A stretch of DNA of 64,000 bases from Candidatus Magasanikiibacteriota bacterium (GTDB lineage Bacteria > Patescibacteriota > Patescibacteriia > Magasanikbacterales > UBA922), in NCBI GenBank assembly GCA_042218065.1, contig JBDGRL010000002.1:15539-79538 (forward strand). Direction: 5' to 3'. Shown piece by piece: positions 8,380-18,376 of this stretch. The translations under genes and the position numbers were made by a program. A model generated the notes under the pieces. That model made no database searches. It was not told the DNA's origin and worked only from the letters and a program-made list of their open reading frames with translations. Position 1 is the first letter of the stretch; each line of letters starts with the position of its first letter.

Positions 8380-9684
8380 ATGGATTATAAAATCAATGAA
8401 CTTGATGGTTCAGAAGTTGAAATAGAGATTACCGTAGAACCGGAAGAATATAAAGAAGATATGAAAAAAGCAGCTGAACGAATCTCAAAAGAAGTCGATA
8501 TTGACGGTTTCAGACAAGGAAACGCTCCATATAGGGTAATCAAGAATGAAGTTGGGGAAATGAAAATAATGCAGGAGGCAATTCAAACTATAGCACAAAG
8601 AACCTATGTAAAAGCACTTAAGAAAGAGGATATTGAAAGTATAGGATCTCCAGAAGTAGATATTAAAAAAATGGCACCAGGTGATTCAGTCGAATTCACT
8701 GCCACAGTAGGAGTAATGCCGGAAGTTGACTTAGCAGACCCTAGTGAGTTGGAGGTAGAAAAAGAAGTAAAAGAAGTGAAAGAAGAGGATGTGCAAGATT
8801 CTATAGACAGCTTAAGAAAAATGCATGCAGATGAAGAAATTAAAGAAGGACCGGCTGAAGGTGATGATAAACTAGTGTTAGACATGAACATGTCTGTAGA
8901 TGGTGTACCAGTTGAAGGAGGTCAGGCTAAAGATTATCAAGTTTACTTAGATGAAGACGAACAACACATACCTGGTTTTAATGAAAAAGTGGAAGGTATG
9001 GAAGCAGGAGAAGAGAAAGAATTCACCTTAGACTTCCCAGAAAACCATTATCAACAAAATTTAGCTGGTAAAACTGTGGATTTCGATGTAACTGTAAATG
9101 AGGTATACAGTCAAGAACTACCTGAATTAGATGATGATTTTGCAAAAAAAATGGGACAAGAAGATGTAGAGGGTATCAAAAACTTAATCAAAGAAAATCT
9201 TAAACAAGAAGCTAAGAAGAAGGAAAACCAGCAATTTGAAATAAAACTCTTAAACAAAATGGTAGAAGAATCAGAGTTTGAAGAAATACCCGAAGTACTT
9301 GTAGATGCTGAAAGACAGAAGATGTACGAGGAGTTGAAAAATGATTTAGATAAAAATGGAGTAACAATTGAACAATATCTAGAAGATATCAAAAAAACAG
9401 AAGAAGAACTTCTAGAAGGGTTTACAGAACAAGCTACAAAAAGAGCAAAAACAGCTTTAATCTCAAGAAAATTAGCAGAAAAAAATGAAGATCTACAACC
9501 GAAAGAAGAAGAGATAGAGCAAGAAATAGAACGAATAAGACAAGCAAATCAAGGTAACGAAGAAATGGAAGAAAGACTACAAAACCAAGAAGTAAAAAAC
9601 ACTATAGCAACCACCGTCCAAAACAGAAAAGTTGTAGAATGGTTAAAAGATCAAGTTGAGGTAAAAGAAAAGAAAGAAGAATAA
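8380..9684 (+). CDS. tig: Trigger factor
   Basis: DGFRQGNAP ribosome-binding loop, FKBP domain (IPGF..FPENYH-like..LAGKTVDFDVTV). Confidence 0.95.
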   Translation: MDYKINELDGSEVEIEITVEPEEYKEDMKKAAERISKEVDIDGFRQGNAPYRVIKNEVGEMKIMQEAIQTIAQRTYVKALKKEDIESIGSPEVDIKKMAPGDSVEFTATVGVMPEVDLADPSELEVEKEVKEVKEEDVQDSIDSLRKMHADEEIKEGPAEGDDKLVLDMNMSVDGVPVEGGQAKDYQVYLDEDEQHIPGFNEKVEGMEAGEEKEFTLDFPENHYQQNLAGKTVDFDVTVNEVYSQELPELDDDFAKKMGQEDVEGIKNLIKENLKQEAKKKENQQFEIKLLNKMVEESEFEEIPEVLVDAERQKMYEELKNDLDKNGVTIEQYLEDIKKTEEELLEGFTEQATKRAKTALISRKLAEKNEDLQPKEEEIEQEIERIRQANQGNEEMEERLQNQEVKNTIATTVQNRKVVEWLKDQVEVKEKKEE

Positions 9685-9705
9685 ATAAAATTTTTTAAAA
9701 ATAAC

Positions 9706-9738
9706 AAAAAAACACCCTTTTTTACAGGGTGTTTTTTT
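9706..9738. terminator. Bidirectional terminator between convergent genes
   Basis: AAAAAAACACCCT-loop-AGGGTGTTTTTTT. Confidence 0.85.
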
Positions 9739-9779
9739 ATTTAAATACTAAATTCTTTAAAGATTATTTCAATATTAAA

Positions 9780-10004
9780 TTATGTTTTAATAAGTACTGT
9801 TTTTCTTCTACTCGTTTTACCTCTTTTTATTTTAATACCTGAAGTATCAACACCGAACTTCTCTGCCAATATTTTTAATAACTGTTCATTGGCTTTACCG
9901 TCTTTAGGTTGAGCGGTTAAATTCACTTTTAAAGTGCCATCAGCCATATTATTGACGGCTACCTGAGAAGAATTAGGGTTTACTTTTACTTTAAGTTTTT
10001 TCAT
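9780..10004 (-). CDS. DUF167/YggU family protein
   Basis: KVKVNPNSS..LKVNLTAQPKDGKANEQL..GKTSRRK; ATG at 10004 preferred as start. Confidence 0.88.
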   Translation of the reverse strand: MKKLKVKVNPNSSQVAVNNMADGTLKVNLTAQPKDGKANEQLLKILAEKFGVDTSGIKIKRGKTSRRKTVLIKT

Positions 10005-10033
10005 TTTAGAAACTGCATAACTATTAATCAAAT

Positions 10034-10303
10034 CTACGGTTTATCTACACCACCATCATTCCAGGGATTACACCGCAATACTCTCCAAAAACACTTTAAA
10101 CTACCTTTTATAACCCCCTTCTTTTTAATACTTTGTTTGCAATACTCACTACATGTCGGATGAAATTTACAATACCCACAAGGATAAAACTTGCTAGACC
10201 AAAAGCTATGATCCGGAGAGAAAAACTTCTGATAAAGATTTAAAATTAACAAAATTATTTTTTTTCCTATTCTAGATAAAAAATTTACAATTCTTATTAA
10301 CAC
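10034..10303 (-). CDS. yidD: Membrane protein insertion efficiency factor YidD
   Basis: YQKFFSPDH..CKFHPTCSEY..RVLRCNPWNDGGVD. Confidence 0.93.
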   Translation of the reverse strand: MLIRIVNFLSRIGKKIILLILNLYQKFFSPDHSFWSSKFYPCGYCKFHPTCSEYCKQSIKKKGVIKGSLKCFWRVLRCNPWNDGGVDKP

Positions 10304-10305
10304 AA

Positions 10306-10680
10306 TTATTCAATTATCCCCACTTTTGTTAACAAATTTCTTATATCATCTTTAATATCTTCAAATCCATAATCTAGTATAGTCTCTTTTGCTAAAATAG
10401 CGGCTAAATAACCTTTATTTTTATTGTACTGATTCAATAATTCCTTTGTAGCTTCCCTAATTTGCCTTTTCTTTTTGTTTCTAACCGTAGCTTTATTTGA
10501 AATATTACTACTTACTATAAAACCTATCTTTAAATCATTTTCATTGAATCTACCAGAGTATTTATCTATATCTATTTTCCAGTATTTTAAATCAACAATA
10601 TCCCCACCTTCAAAATCACCTTCAGAGAACAAAATTTCAAAATTTCGTTCTTTTTTTAACCTAAATTCAGAAGGAATCAC
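10306..10680 (-). CDS. rnpA: Ribonuclease P protein component
   Basis: RLKK..F, IGFIVS..ISNKATVRNKKKRQIRE (RNR-like motif). Confidence 0.9.
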   Translation of the reverse strand: MIPSEFRLKKERNFEILFSEGDFEGGDIVDLKYWKIDIDKYSGRFNENDLKIGFIVSSNISNKATVRNKKKRQIREATKELLNQYNKNKGYLAAILAKETILDYGFEDIKDDIRNLLTKVGIIE

Positions 10681-10685
10681 AAAAT

Positions 10686-11807
10686 TTACTCACGTATAGG
10701 CATAACGATATACTTGTAATCACTCTTACCTTCCTCTTTAAAAAGACATGGTGATTCAGAGCTGTTCATCTTAAATTCTACTTCTTCGCTCATATTCTGT
10801 AACCCATCCAAGACGTATCTATGATTTAATAAGATAGAATTATCTTCGCCCGTTATATCAGCTTCTACTTGGTCTTCGTGCTCTCCTTTTTGAGTACTAT
10901 CAGAAGATATCTCTATGTTATTATCACTAGAATTCAAAATAAACTCAACTGAGTTTACTCCAGCTGTAGTAAAAAGACTAGCGGCTCTAATCTTCTGAAT
11001 CATTACATCCACCGGAAAGGAAGCTTCACTAGAAAATGAGTCAGGTATAATTTCTGCATAATCTGGATAATCTCCTTCAACTAACCTGCTAGATAATTCA
11101 AAGTCACCATACCGCATAATCATCTGATTTTCATTAAAAGAAATCCTCACTTGAGACTCGTCAGTTAGACTTTGAGCATTTGATATCAGTCTAGCCATCT
11201 CACTAACAGTAGAACCTGGAACTATACACTCAAGCTCATCTTCCCCTTGTGCTACAGACATTTTCTTTTCTGCTAAACGATAAGAATCAGTAGCTGCAAG
11301 AACTAACCCATCATGACGGTCACCAAAAAAACCAAAAAACACACCGGAAAGTTCTGGTCTAATCTCATTTTGAGCTACAGCTATTTCTGTATTTTTTAAA
11401 GATTGACGAAAAGGTTCTGCTAATAAAGAATAAGTAAACTTTTCTTCTACCTCAGGGATTACAGGATACTCTTCAGGATCTTCACCTTTAATTTTAGTAC
11501 TAGAAGTACCACAAGTTACTGATAATTCATTACCTTCTAATTCTATTTCAACTTTCTCATCATTTAAAAGATGAATATAATCCTTCAACGTACTTGCAGG
11601 AACAGTAAACTCACCTTGTTCTTCTACTTTTGCTCTAAAGGTAGATTTTACTGTTAACTCCAAATTTGTTGCTGTCAGTTCAACTTTACTTTCTCCAACC
11701 TCGATCAATATGTTTTTTAATATTGGTAAGTTAGGATTCTTATCAACCACACCACTCACTTGATCCAATGAGTTAGCTAAATTTTCTCTGGTACATGTGA
11801 GCTTCAT
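10686..11807 (-). CDS. dnaN: DNA polymerase III beta clamp
   Basis: PILKNIL, ATNLE, RPELSGV, ATDSYRLA, GDYPDY, IVMPIR. Confidence 0.97.
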   Translation of the reverse strand: MKLTCTRENLANSLDQVSGVVDKNPNLPILKNILIEVGESKVELTATNLELTVKSTFRAKVEEQGEFTVPASTLKDYIHLLNDEKVEIELEGNELSVTCGTSSTKIKGEDPEEYPVIPEVEEKFTYSLLAEPFRQSLKNTEIAVAQNEIRPELSGVFFGFFGDRHDGLVLAATDSYRLAEKKMSVAQGEDELECIVPGSTVSEMARLISNAQSLTDESQVRISFNENQMIMRYGDFELSSRLVEGDYPDYAEIIPDSFSSEASFPVDVMIQKIRAASLFTTAGVNSVEFILNSSDNNIEISSDSTQKGEHEDQVEADITGEDNSILLNHRYVLDGLQNMSEEVEFKMNSSESPCLFKEEGKSDYKYIVMPIRE

Positions 11808-12080
11808 GTGTTTATTTAATTAATATTTATAACTGATTATTTTTTAAAATTTTATGTATATTATTAGTGTTGTGAATTGTGGGGATAACTTTTATTTTGC
11901 TTTAATCTTAGTCATACTTCTGGATTTATACCACTTAACAATAGATCTAACAACAAGTTAATAATGTGTGTACGAGATCGAACCTTATTTTGTCAGCTGT
12001 GGATTGCTGTTTATGGGATGTTAATGGAAAGTACAGTTTTATTCAAGCTATTCACAGCTTATCCACTTGTGGATTTAATA
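11808..12080. promoter_or_regulatory. Probable chromosomal replication origin (oriC)
   Basis: dnaA-dnaN spacer. The minus strand reads TTATCCCCA-CAATTCACA-ACA-CTA ATA ATA then an AT-rich tract (tandem boxes, trio-like repeats, DUE). More boxes near 12050-12077. Sampled G/C skew flips near here. Confidence 0.75.
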
Positions 12081-13468
12081 TTACTATACAGTCTTTGTTT
12101 GACTAAATCTATATCTTCTTTCAAATCTAAATCTTCTTCTATCTTTTTTTCTATTTTTTCATAGCCGTGAATAGCAGTAGTATGATCCCTACCACCAAGT
12201 TCGTTTCCAATCTCTGGGTAAGACATATCCAGCTCTTCTCTTAGTAAAAACATTGCTATTTGTCTAGGTAAAGAGTATTTCTTTTTTCTGCTTTTACCTA
12301 GTATTTCTTCTAATTCTATATCAAAAAAATCAGCAACTGTATTTAATACTTCTCTGGATGTAAGTGTTTTCTTTTGGTTCTGAGATTTGAAGCTATCTAG
12401 TACAGATTTTATCGAGTCTTCTGTAGGTTTGAAGTTCTTTAATTGATGGTATGCAATAATTTTATTTAAAGCACCTTCAAGTTCTCTGATGTTACTTTGC
12501 ACTAAAGTTGCTATCAATTCAAGTAACTCTCTATTAATTTCAAAATCCTTTTGTTGGCATTTTTTATCAAGTATAGCAACTCTTGTTTCTAAATCTGGTG
12601 AATCTACATCAGCTATCATACCCCATTCAAATCTACTTTGAAGCCTATCCTCTAAGGCTGGGATAGCTTTTGGAGGTCGGTCTGAGGATATAACTATTTG
12701 TTTATCATTTTGATACAGTGAGTTGAATGTGTGGAAAAACTCTTCTTGTGTCTGTTCTTTTCCACTTATAAATTGGATATCATCTATAAGCAGTAGGTTT
12801 ACATCTCTATATCGATCTTTAAACTCATCAGCCACGCCATCCTTAACTGATCCAACATATTCACTAGTAAATTTCTCTGCACTTACGTATAGGATTTCTT
12901 TTTGTTTATTTTTCTTTATTATCTCATTAGCGATTGCTTGTAGTAGATGTGTTTTTCCTAAACCTACATCACCGTAAATAAATAATGGGTTATATGCTTG
13001 TCCTGGTTCTTCTGCTACTGCTTTAGCGGCTGCGTGTGCTAGTTCATTACCTTTACCAACTACAAAAGTTTCAAAGTTATATTTATGACTGATACCATAT
13101 TCTTCCGCAACATCTTTAACTTCTTTTTCTTCTTTCTGTTTATATTGAGGGTTTTCAGGTGTTGACACTTCTTTTGTTTCTTTTGGTTGGCATTTCATAT
13201 CTTGTATCTTGTTTTTCTTTTCTATTTCATACTCAACTTTTTTCACTTTGATACCACTTTTTTCTTCAAGTAAATTCTTTATCTCATTATGGTATTTCTT
13301 TTCAAGCCAGCTTTTTATAAAACTGTTTGGCACGCAAATACAAACTTTACCCTCATCTTCGTCTACTTCACCGATTCCAGTATTTTGGAACCAAGTAGAA
13401 AAACTAGCTTTAGAAACTTTAAGTTCAAATTCAGCTAAAACAGATTGCCAAACCTCTGTTTTTTCCAT
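12059..13468 (-). CDS. dnaA: Chromosomal replication initiator DnaA
   Basis: YNPLFIYGDVGLGKTHL, LLIDDIQF, QEEFFHTFN, NIRELEGAL, GGRDHTT. Confidence 0.98.
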   Translation of the reverse strand: MEKTEVWQSVLAEFELKVSKASFSTWFQNTGIGEVDEDEGKVCICVPNSFIKSWLEKKYHNEIKNLLEEKSGIKVKKVEYEIEKKNKIQDMKCQPKETKEVSTPENPQYKQKEEKEVKDVAEEYGISHKYNFETFVVGKGNELAHAAAKAVAEEPGQAYNPLFIYGDVGLGKTHLLQAIANEIIKKNKQKEILYVSAEKFTSEYVGSVKDGVADEFKDRYRDVNLLLIDDIQFISGKEQTQEEFFHTFNSLYQNDKQIVISSDRPPKAIPALEDRLQSRFEWGMIADVDSPDLETRVAILDKKCQQKDFEINRELLELIATLVQSNIRELEGALNKIIAYHQLKNFKPTEDSIKSVLDSFKSQNQKKTLTSREVLNTVADFFDIELEEILGKSRKKKYSLPRQIAMFLLREELDMSYPEIGNELGGRDHTTAIHGYEKIEKKIEEDLDLKEDIDLVKQRLYSNIKSTSG

Positions 13469-13474
13469 GTTTGA

Positions 13475-13642
13475 TGTGGATAAATTAATTCTAGGTATAT
13501 TTTAGCAAAAAAATGACGAAGGTAAAGTTTTGTCAAACTATAAGTTATGGATAAACCTGTGGAAAACTTGTGGAGGTTGTGGATATCTCCTTCTAAACCT
13601 ATGTTGAAAACTTGATTTTATTGGTTAATTAATTGTGAATAA
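13475..13642. promoter_or_regulatory. dnaA promoter region with DnaA boxes (autoregulation or second oriC part)
   Basis: TGTGGATAA 13475, TATGGATAA 13546, TGTGGAAAA 13558, TGTGGATAT 13578, TGTGAATAA 13634; minus-strand TTGACA at 13531-13536. Confidence 0.75.
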
Positions 13643-13681
13643 TTAGTTTTTAAGATTATTTTAGATTACTGTTTTGAAAGA

Positions 13682-16675
13682 TTATTTAACTTTCATTTTC
13701 ATACTTCCACCTATATACTCATTGTTATTGGATCTTATTTTTGCTTTTATAGTCCACTGTCCTTTATTTTCTTCTGGATAATTATTCCATATGACTTTGT
13801 TTCTTTCTTTTTTGAATCTTGTTTTGTCTTTAATTTTCTCTAGAGTTATAGATTTGTCATTTTTTGTGGCTTGTATAGTTATAGAGTCTATTTCTTTTTC
13901 TTTGTAAGTTCTGAAAAATATAGATAATGGATAGTCTCGTTTAGTTATAGTTTTATTAAACCTTATGAAAGATACAGAGGACTTAACTTTACCTGCTTTT
14001 AAGATAAAGTTAATCTTTTTGATTTTCCTGTTTCCAATATCATCTTGAGCAATAATTGTTAATGTATGCTTGCCATCTTCTAAGGTTTTAGCTTTGTAAT
14101 TTAAATTGAAGGGGTGTTTGTCTTCTACACCGACATACCTTCCATCAATTCTGTATATTACTTTATCAACTCCTCTTGGAGCTGAGAATCTAATATCAGT
14201 ATTAATTTCTCTGGTCGTAATTGTTGAGCTTGGTTTTGGGTAGACGACATTAACAGTAGGAGCTAGCTCAGGTGAATATCCTTTATCTTTTTTGGTTGGA
14301 GGTTTTTTAAAGGTTAGATTCCAGTCAGGTTTTTTCTTTTTCATTCTTTTTTTCCAGTCTTTGATTGCTTTTTCCCATATTTCGTACTGTGGGTCTTTAC
14401 TTGGATTTTCTGGTCTTGGTCCTCTGGGATTATCTTTATCTACGTAGTGGAGTATTGAGTGTGGTGGTACAAAGGTTTTTGTTTCTATAAGATGATCTGG
14501 AGTTGAGCTGGTGGCAATCAGGCCTGTTTCTTCATTTATTTTCATTTTAATTTTACCTTTTTCTCCTTTTAGTATTGGTTTATCTACGTCTAAGTTAGGG
14601 GGATCAGGGAATTTTTTTATTGGCTTGTCTTCAAGAGCTTTTTTCATAAACTCATTCCAGATCGGTCCTGCTACTTTTGAGCCGCCAAAACCTCTTTTCA
14701 TAGGTGAGTTATCTGTATTTCCGGCCCAAACACCTGCAACTAAGTTCGGTGTATATCCCATTGTCCAAGAGTCTACATAATCGTTTGTAGTACCTGTTTT
14801 TGCAGCTACTGGCCTTTCTTCTAGTTGAAGCACACTATCAGTACCAAATGCGAATGCTCTTGCTTCGTTGTCACTTAGTACGTCAGTTATTAATTTGGTG
14901 TACTTTGCATCTATGATTCTTTCCCCTTCTTTTTTCTTTTGTTCATAAAGTATTTCTCCATTTGGCCCCTCTACTTTTAGTATACTTGTAGGCTCCCTTT
15001 GTATGCCTCCATTGGCTAAAGTTGCATAAGCATTTGCGTGTTCAAGAGGTATTACTCCTCCCCCTCCTAATACGAGCGATAGTCCCAGGTTTCTTTTTGA
15101 TAAAGTGGTATATCCTAAATCTTTCGAAAACTCTAATGCTTTATCAGTACCGGTAAGATAAAGTGTTTTTACCGCAGGGATATTTATAGACCCTTGTAGA
15201 GCTTTTCGCATTGTAACTGGCCCTCTTTCTTTAAGGTCATAGTTTTTTGGTATATATTCTTTTGATTCCGGAACTGCAAAATCGGTTTTTACGTCATAAA
15301 GTATAGTGGAAGGAGTATAACCCTTTTGAAATGCAGCTGTATATACTATCGGTTTGAAGGATGAGCCGGGCTGTCTTTTAGCTTCAGTTATAATATTAAA
15401 TTTACCGTCAATTTTTTCATTATAAAAATTTTTTGATCCAATCATAGATAAGATCTGGCTTGATTTTGGGTCCATAGCGACAAGTCCTGTATTATCTGCT
15501 TCTGCTTTATTTAATACCTTGCTTCCGGTAGAGCTTACTACTTTCTTTGCTTTTTTTTGCATATCCCAGTCTAAAGAGGTGATCACTTTCAAACCACCGG
15601 TGTCTACTTTTCTTTCTCCAAATTTATCTATCAATTTCTCTCTTACATGGAGTACGAAGTGTGGAGCTTTTATATTTTGAAAATCTCTAGATAAGGATAG
15701 AGGTTTCTTTTGTGTATTCTCCATTTTTTCTTTTGAGATATAACCTTCTTTATACATTCTATAAAGTACAAAGTTCCTTCTTTGCTTAAGTTCTTTTGGG
15801 TTGGCAAGAAATGAGCTCGGAGCCTTTGGTAAACCGGCCAATATGGCAGATTCATTTAAATTTAAATCTGAAACCTCTTTGTTAAAATAATCTTCAGCTG
15901 CAGATGCTACCCCGTAGTTTGTAGAGCCATATGGTATTTCATTGAAGTACATTTTGAGTATTTGTTTCTTGGAATATTGTTGCTCCAGCTTTAGTGATAA
16001 TATCATCTCTTTAATTTTTCTAATGTAGCTTCTTTCTCTTGTTAAAACAGCATTTTTTACTAATTGTTGAGTCAGTGTAGATGTGCCCTGTATTCGTTCG
16101 TTATAAACTATGGCGTTGAAGACAGCTCTAGCAATGCTCAAAGGTCTAACGCCGTAATGTTCATAAAACCTATCATCCTCCGTTGCTATAACCCCTTGTT
16201 TTAGGTGTTTAGGAACTTTATTCAATTCAACTAGAGTTCTATTTTTATTGGCAAAAATTTCGTAAAGCAGGTGTTCTCCACTCCTGTCATAGATTTTGGT
16301 GGTTTGTGCTATATCTCTTTGTATTAGTTGATCCGGGCTGGGAAGGTTTTTACTAGCCCAAGCTGTAATTATTGTTATAGAAAGAAAACCAAACACAAAT
16401 ATAGTCAAAGCACCCCAACCTATAATCTTCTTAAATTTTGAACTTTTTATGAAATTTATCTTAAAAATGAAGGAGAAGATATAAAAAATACCACTGAATA
16501 CAGCTTTAATAATGCTCCAAAGAAATTTAAAAATCCAAGCACCAATTTTATAAGATACTGTAAAAACTTTTCCTAAAACACTTGTATTTTTCTTCTTTTT
16601 GGTGTATTTCTTCTTGGTTTTTTTATTTTCTTTTTTATTGTCAAAGCCGTAGGATCTTCGGTCTTTTTTACTCAT
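13682..16675 (-). CDS. Class A penicillin-binding protein (transglycosylase/transpeptidase) with C-terminal Ig-like domain
   Basis: EDDRFYEH, GTSTLTQQL, RKIKE; SSFK, SIN and KTGT motifs. Confidence 0.95.
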   Translation of the reverse strand: MSKKDRRSYGFDNKKENKKTKKKYTKKKKNTSVLGKVFTVSYKIGAWIFKFLWSIIKAVFSGIFYIFSFIFKINFIKSSKFKKIIGWGALTIFVFGFLSITIITAWASKNLPSPDQLIQRDIAQTTKIYDRSGEHLLYEIFANKNRTLVELNKVPKHLKQGVIATEDDRFYEHYGVRPLSIARAVFNAIVYNERIQGTSTLTQQLVKNAVLTRERSYIRKIKEMILSLKLEQQYSKKQILKMYFNEIPYGSTNYGVASAAEDYFNKEVSDLNLNESAILAGLPKAPSSFLANPKELKQRRNFVLYRMYKEGYISKEKMENTQKKPLSLSRDFQNIKAPHFVLHVREKLIDKFGERKVDTGGLKVITSLDWDMQKKAKKVVSSTGSKVLNKAEADNTGLVAMDPKSSQILSMIGSKNFYNEKIDGKFNIITEAKRQPGSSFKPIVYTAAFQKGYTPSTILYDVKTDFAVPESKEYIPKNYDLKERGPVTMRKALQGSINIPAVKTLYLTGTDKALEFSKDLGYTTLSKRNLGLSLVLGGGGVIPLEHANAYATLANGGIQREPTSILKVEGPNGEILYEQKKKEGERIIDAKYTKLITDVLSDNEARAFAFGTDSVLQLEERPVAAKTGTTNDYVDSWTMGYTPNLVAGVWAGNTDNSPMKRGFGGSKVAGPIWNEFMKKALEDKPIKKFPDPPNLDVDKPILKGEKGKIKMKINEETGLIATSSTPDHLIETKTFVPPHSILHYVDKDNPRGPRPENPSKDPQYEIWEKAIKDWKKRMKKKKPDWNLTFKKPPTKKDKGYSPELAPTVNVVYPKPSSTITTREINTDIRFSAPRGVDKVIYRIDGRYVGVEDKHPFNLNYKAKTLEDGKHTLTIIAQDDIGNRKIKKINFILKAGKVKSSVSFIRFNKTITKRDYPLSIFFRTYKEKEIDSITIQATKNDKSITLEKIKDKTRFKKERNKVIWNNYPEENKGQWTIKAKIRSNNNEYIGGSMKMKVK

Positions 16676-16709
16676 GTTTTCTATTTAATACATATAAATA
16701 CTAACAGGG

Positions 16710-16738
16710 TTGACAAAAATTTTCTAGTATGCTATACT
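16710..16738 (+). promoter_or_regulatory. Sigma70-type promoter
   Basis: TTGACA-17 bp-TATACT with extended TG. Confidence 0.7.
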
Positions 16739-16785
16739 CTTGCGTTGTTCTAGTTGAGCAACAAATTTAGTACTTAACTTATTTT

Positions 16786-17307
16786 ATGAATATACTGGAT
16801 CAAATCAAGTTAGAAGATAATTTAATAAGACTTTTTAGTCTTTCAGTTATAGCAATTTTTGTCCTAACTGCAGCAAAACCAGCAACAATTACCACAAAAG
16901 CTAAAAATAAAACACCAAAAAAGAACGAAATACATAATTTTAATGGAAATAATCTACCTAAATCTAAACAAAAAGATCCTATAAGGTCTTATTGGGTTGT
17001 AGCCACTGCTTATTCGTCTGAGGTAGGACAAACTGATGATTCACCATGTATACCATCTAAGGCTGATTTTAACCTCTGTGAGCATTACAAAAAGCACAAA
17101 ATAGAGGATACGATAGCTGCCAACTTTCTACCTTTGGGAGCTAAAGTAAAATTCCCCGAGCTTTACGGTGATAAAGTATTTACTGTAAGAGATCGTATGA
17201 ATGAAAGATATAACGGAACTGCTCGTATTGATTTTTGGAAATCTCACACCTCTGAAGCCGAAAACTTCGGTGTCAAAAGTGTAAAAATGGAGATTATAAA
17301 ATACTAA
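16786..17307 (+). CDS. 3D-domain (MltA-like) cell-wall protein
   Basis: ATAYSS..QTDDSPC, IAANFLPLG.KV, VRDRM, RIDFW..A..FG. Confidence 0.85.
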   Translation: MNILDQIKLEDNLIRLFSLSVIAIFVLTAAKPATITTKAKNKTPKKNEIHNFNGNNLPKSKQKDPIRSYWVVATAYSSEVGQTDDSPCIPSKADFNLCEHYKKHKIEDTIAANFLPLGAKVKFPELYGDKVFTVRDRMNERYNGTARIDFWKSHTSEAENFGVKSVKMEIIKY

Positions 17308-17349
17308 GATTGCAACAAGCAGGTAAAAATGATAAAATTTACCTGCTAT

Positions 17350-17420
17350 GGCACGGTAGCCAAGTGGTAAGGCAGGGGACTGCAAATCCCCGATCCCGGG
17401 TTCGATTCCCGGTCGTGCCT
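17350..17420 (+). tRNA. tRNA-Cys (GCA)
   Basis: GGCACGG/TCGTGCC acceptor, GGGGA-CTGCAAA-TCCCC, GGTTCGATTCC, U discriminator. Confidence 0.95.
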
Positions 17421-17431
17421 CAAGATTAAAC

Positions 17432-17973
17432 CGCTTTCTGAAGACCTGGATTTTACCGGACTTACTTCTAGTTCTAATGTAGAATCACTTTTTCTTACAA
17501 CTGTAGATAGGCTAAAGCAAAGGGGTATTACTGCTGAACTAGCAGAATCAAAACACACTTCCGGTGGTTTTTTAGGAGTCTTGTCGGTGAGTCTGTATGA
17601 GCTAAATATAGAGATAAAAGTAGAGGTCTCGCTGCGAGAAAAGAGTGCTAAAAGTGAGATTATAACTATCGCGAATGATTTCATTCCCAGCTATACAATT
17701 ACAGCACTAGCTCAAGAAAAAATTGTAGAAGAAAAGCTGCAGGCTGTGTTTAAAAGAACTAAACCCAGAGATTGGTACGATCTTTATTTTTTACTTCGCT
17801 CTCGGCTGGTTCCTGTAGAACAAAGAGATGTTTTAAAAGATGCCCTAGTAAAACTTAATCAAACAGATATTTCCTTTAGAAAATTGAAATTATTATTACC
17901 TCAAGACCATCATCAGATTTTACAGGATTTTGAGAAAAATTTGTCTCGTGAATTGAAAAGATTTGCAGACTGA
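17432..17973 (+). pseudogene. 5'-truncated AbiEii-family nucleotidyltransferase (type IV TA toxin)
   Basis: The frame extends upstream of 17581 to SEDLDF just after the tRNA; also EKLQAV..RTKPRDWYDLYFL; no N-terminus. Confidence 0.75.
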
Positions 17974-18057
17974 CATTCTGCTTTGGGTCAAGTTGGCACA
18001 TCCGCTCTGATTTTTCAAACCCCGATCTCTTAATGAATATATTTTTACTACGTATTT

Positions 18058-18300
18058 AGAGAAGCCTGACTTGGACTCTTTTGAGAAGATAATAGAAAAA
18101 AGCAGAAAGATTGTAGCAAAAAAGATATAGAGAAAGAGGATGTTAAGGAGATTATAAAAGAAGTTAGAGATGAAAATAATTCTTGATACAAATGTAGTTG
18201 TTTCCGGTATATTTTGGTCCAGTCCTCCATTTGAAATGCTTCAAGTTGGAAGAGAAATAGATTTCAGGTTATAATTACAAAAGAAGTTTATAATGAATGC
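18058..18300 (+). pseudogene. Remnants of an antitoxin C-terminus and a PIN-family toxin
   Basis: ...FEKIIEKSRKIVAKKDIEKEDVKEIIKEVRDENNS* overlaps ATG 18170 MKIILDTNVVVSGIFW, which frameshifts and truncates. Confidence 0.65.
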
Positions 18301-18376
18301 TTGACATTTTTTTGATTTATTGTATAATTAAGTTGGTTATTTATGGAGTAAGATTATTAATTAGCCTGGTTATTTT

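Noticed and set aside
8604-9392. Ser/Phe-rich antisense ORFs here and opposite other acidic genes
   Set aside because: Mirror frames of GAA/AAA-rich coding strands
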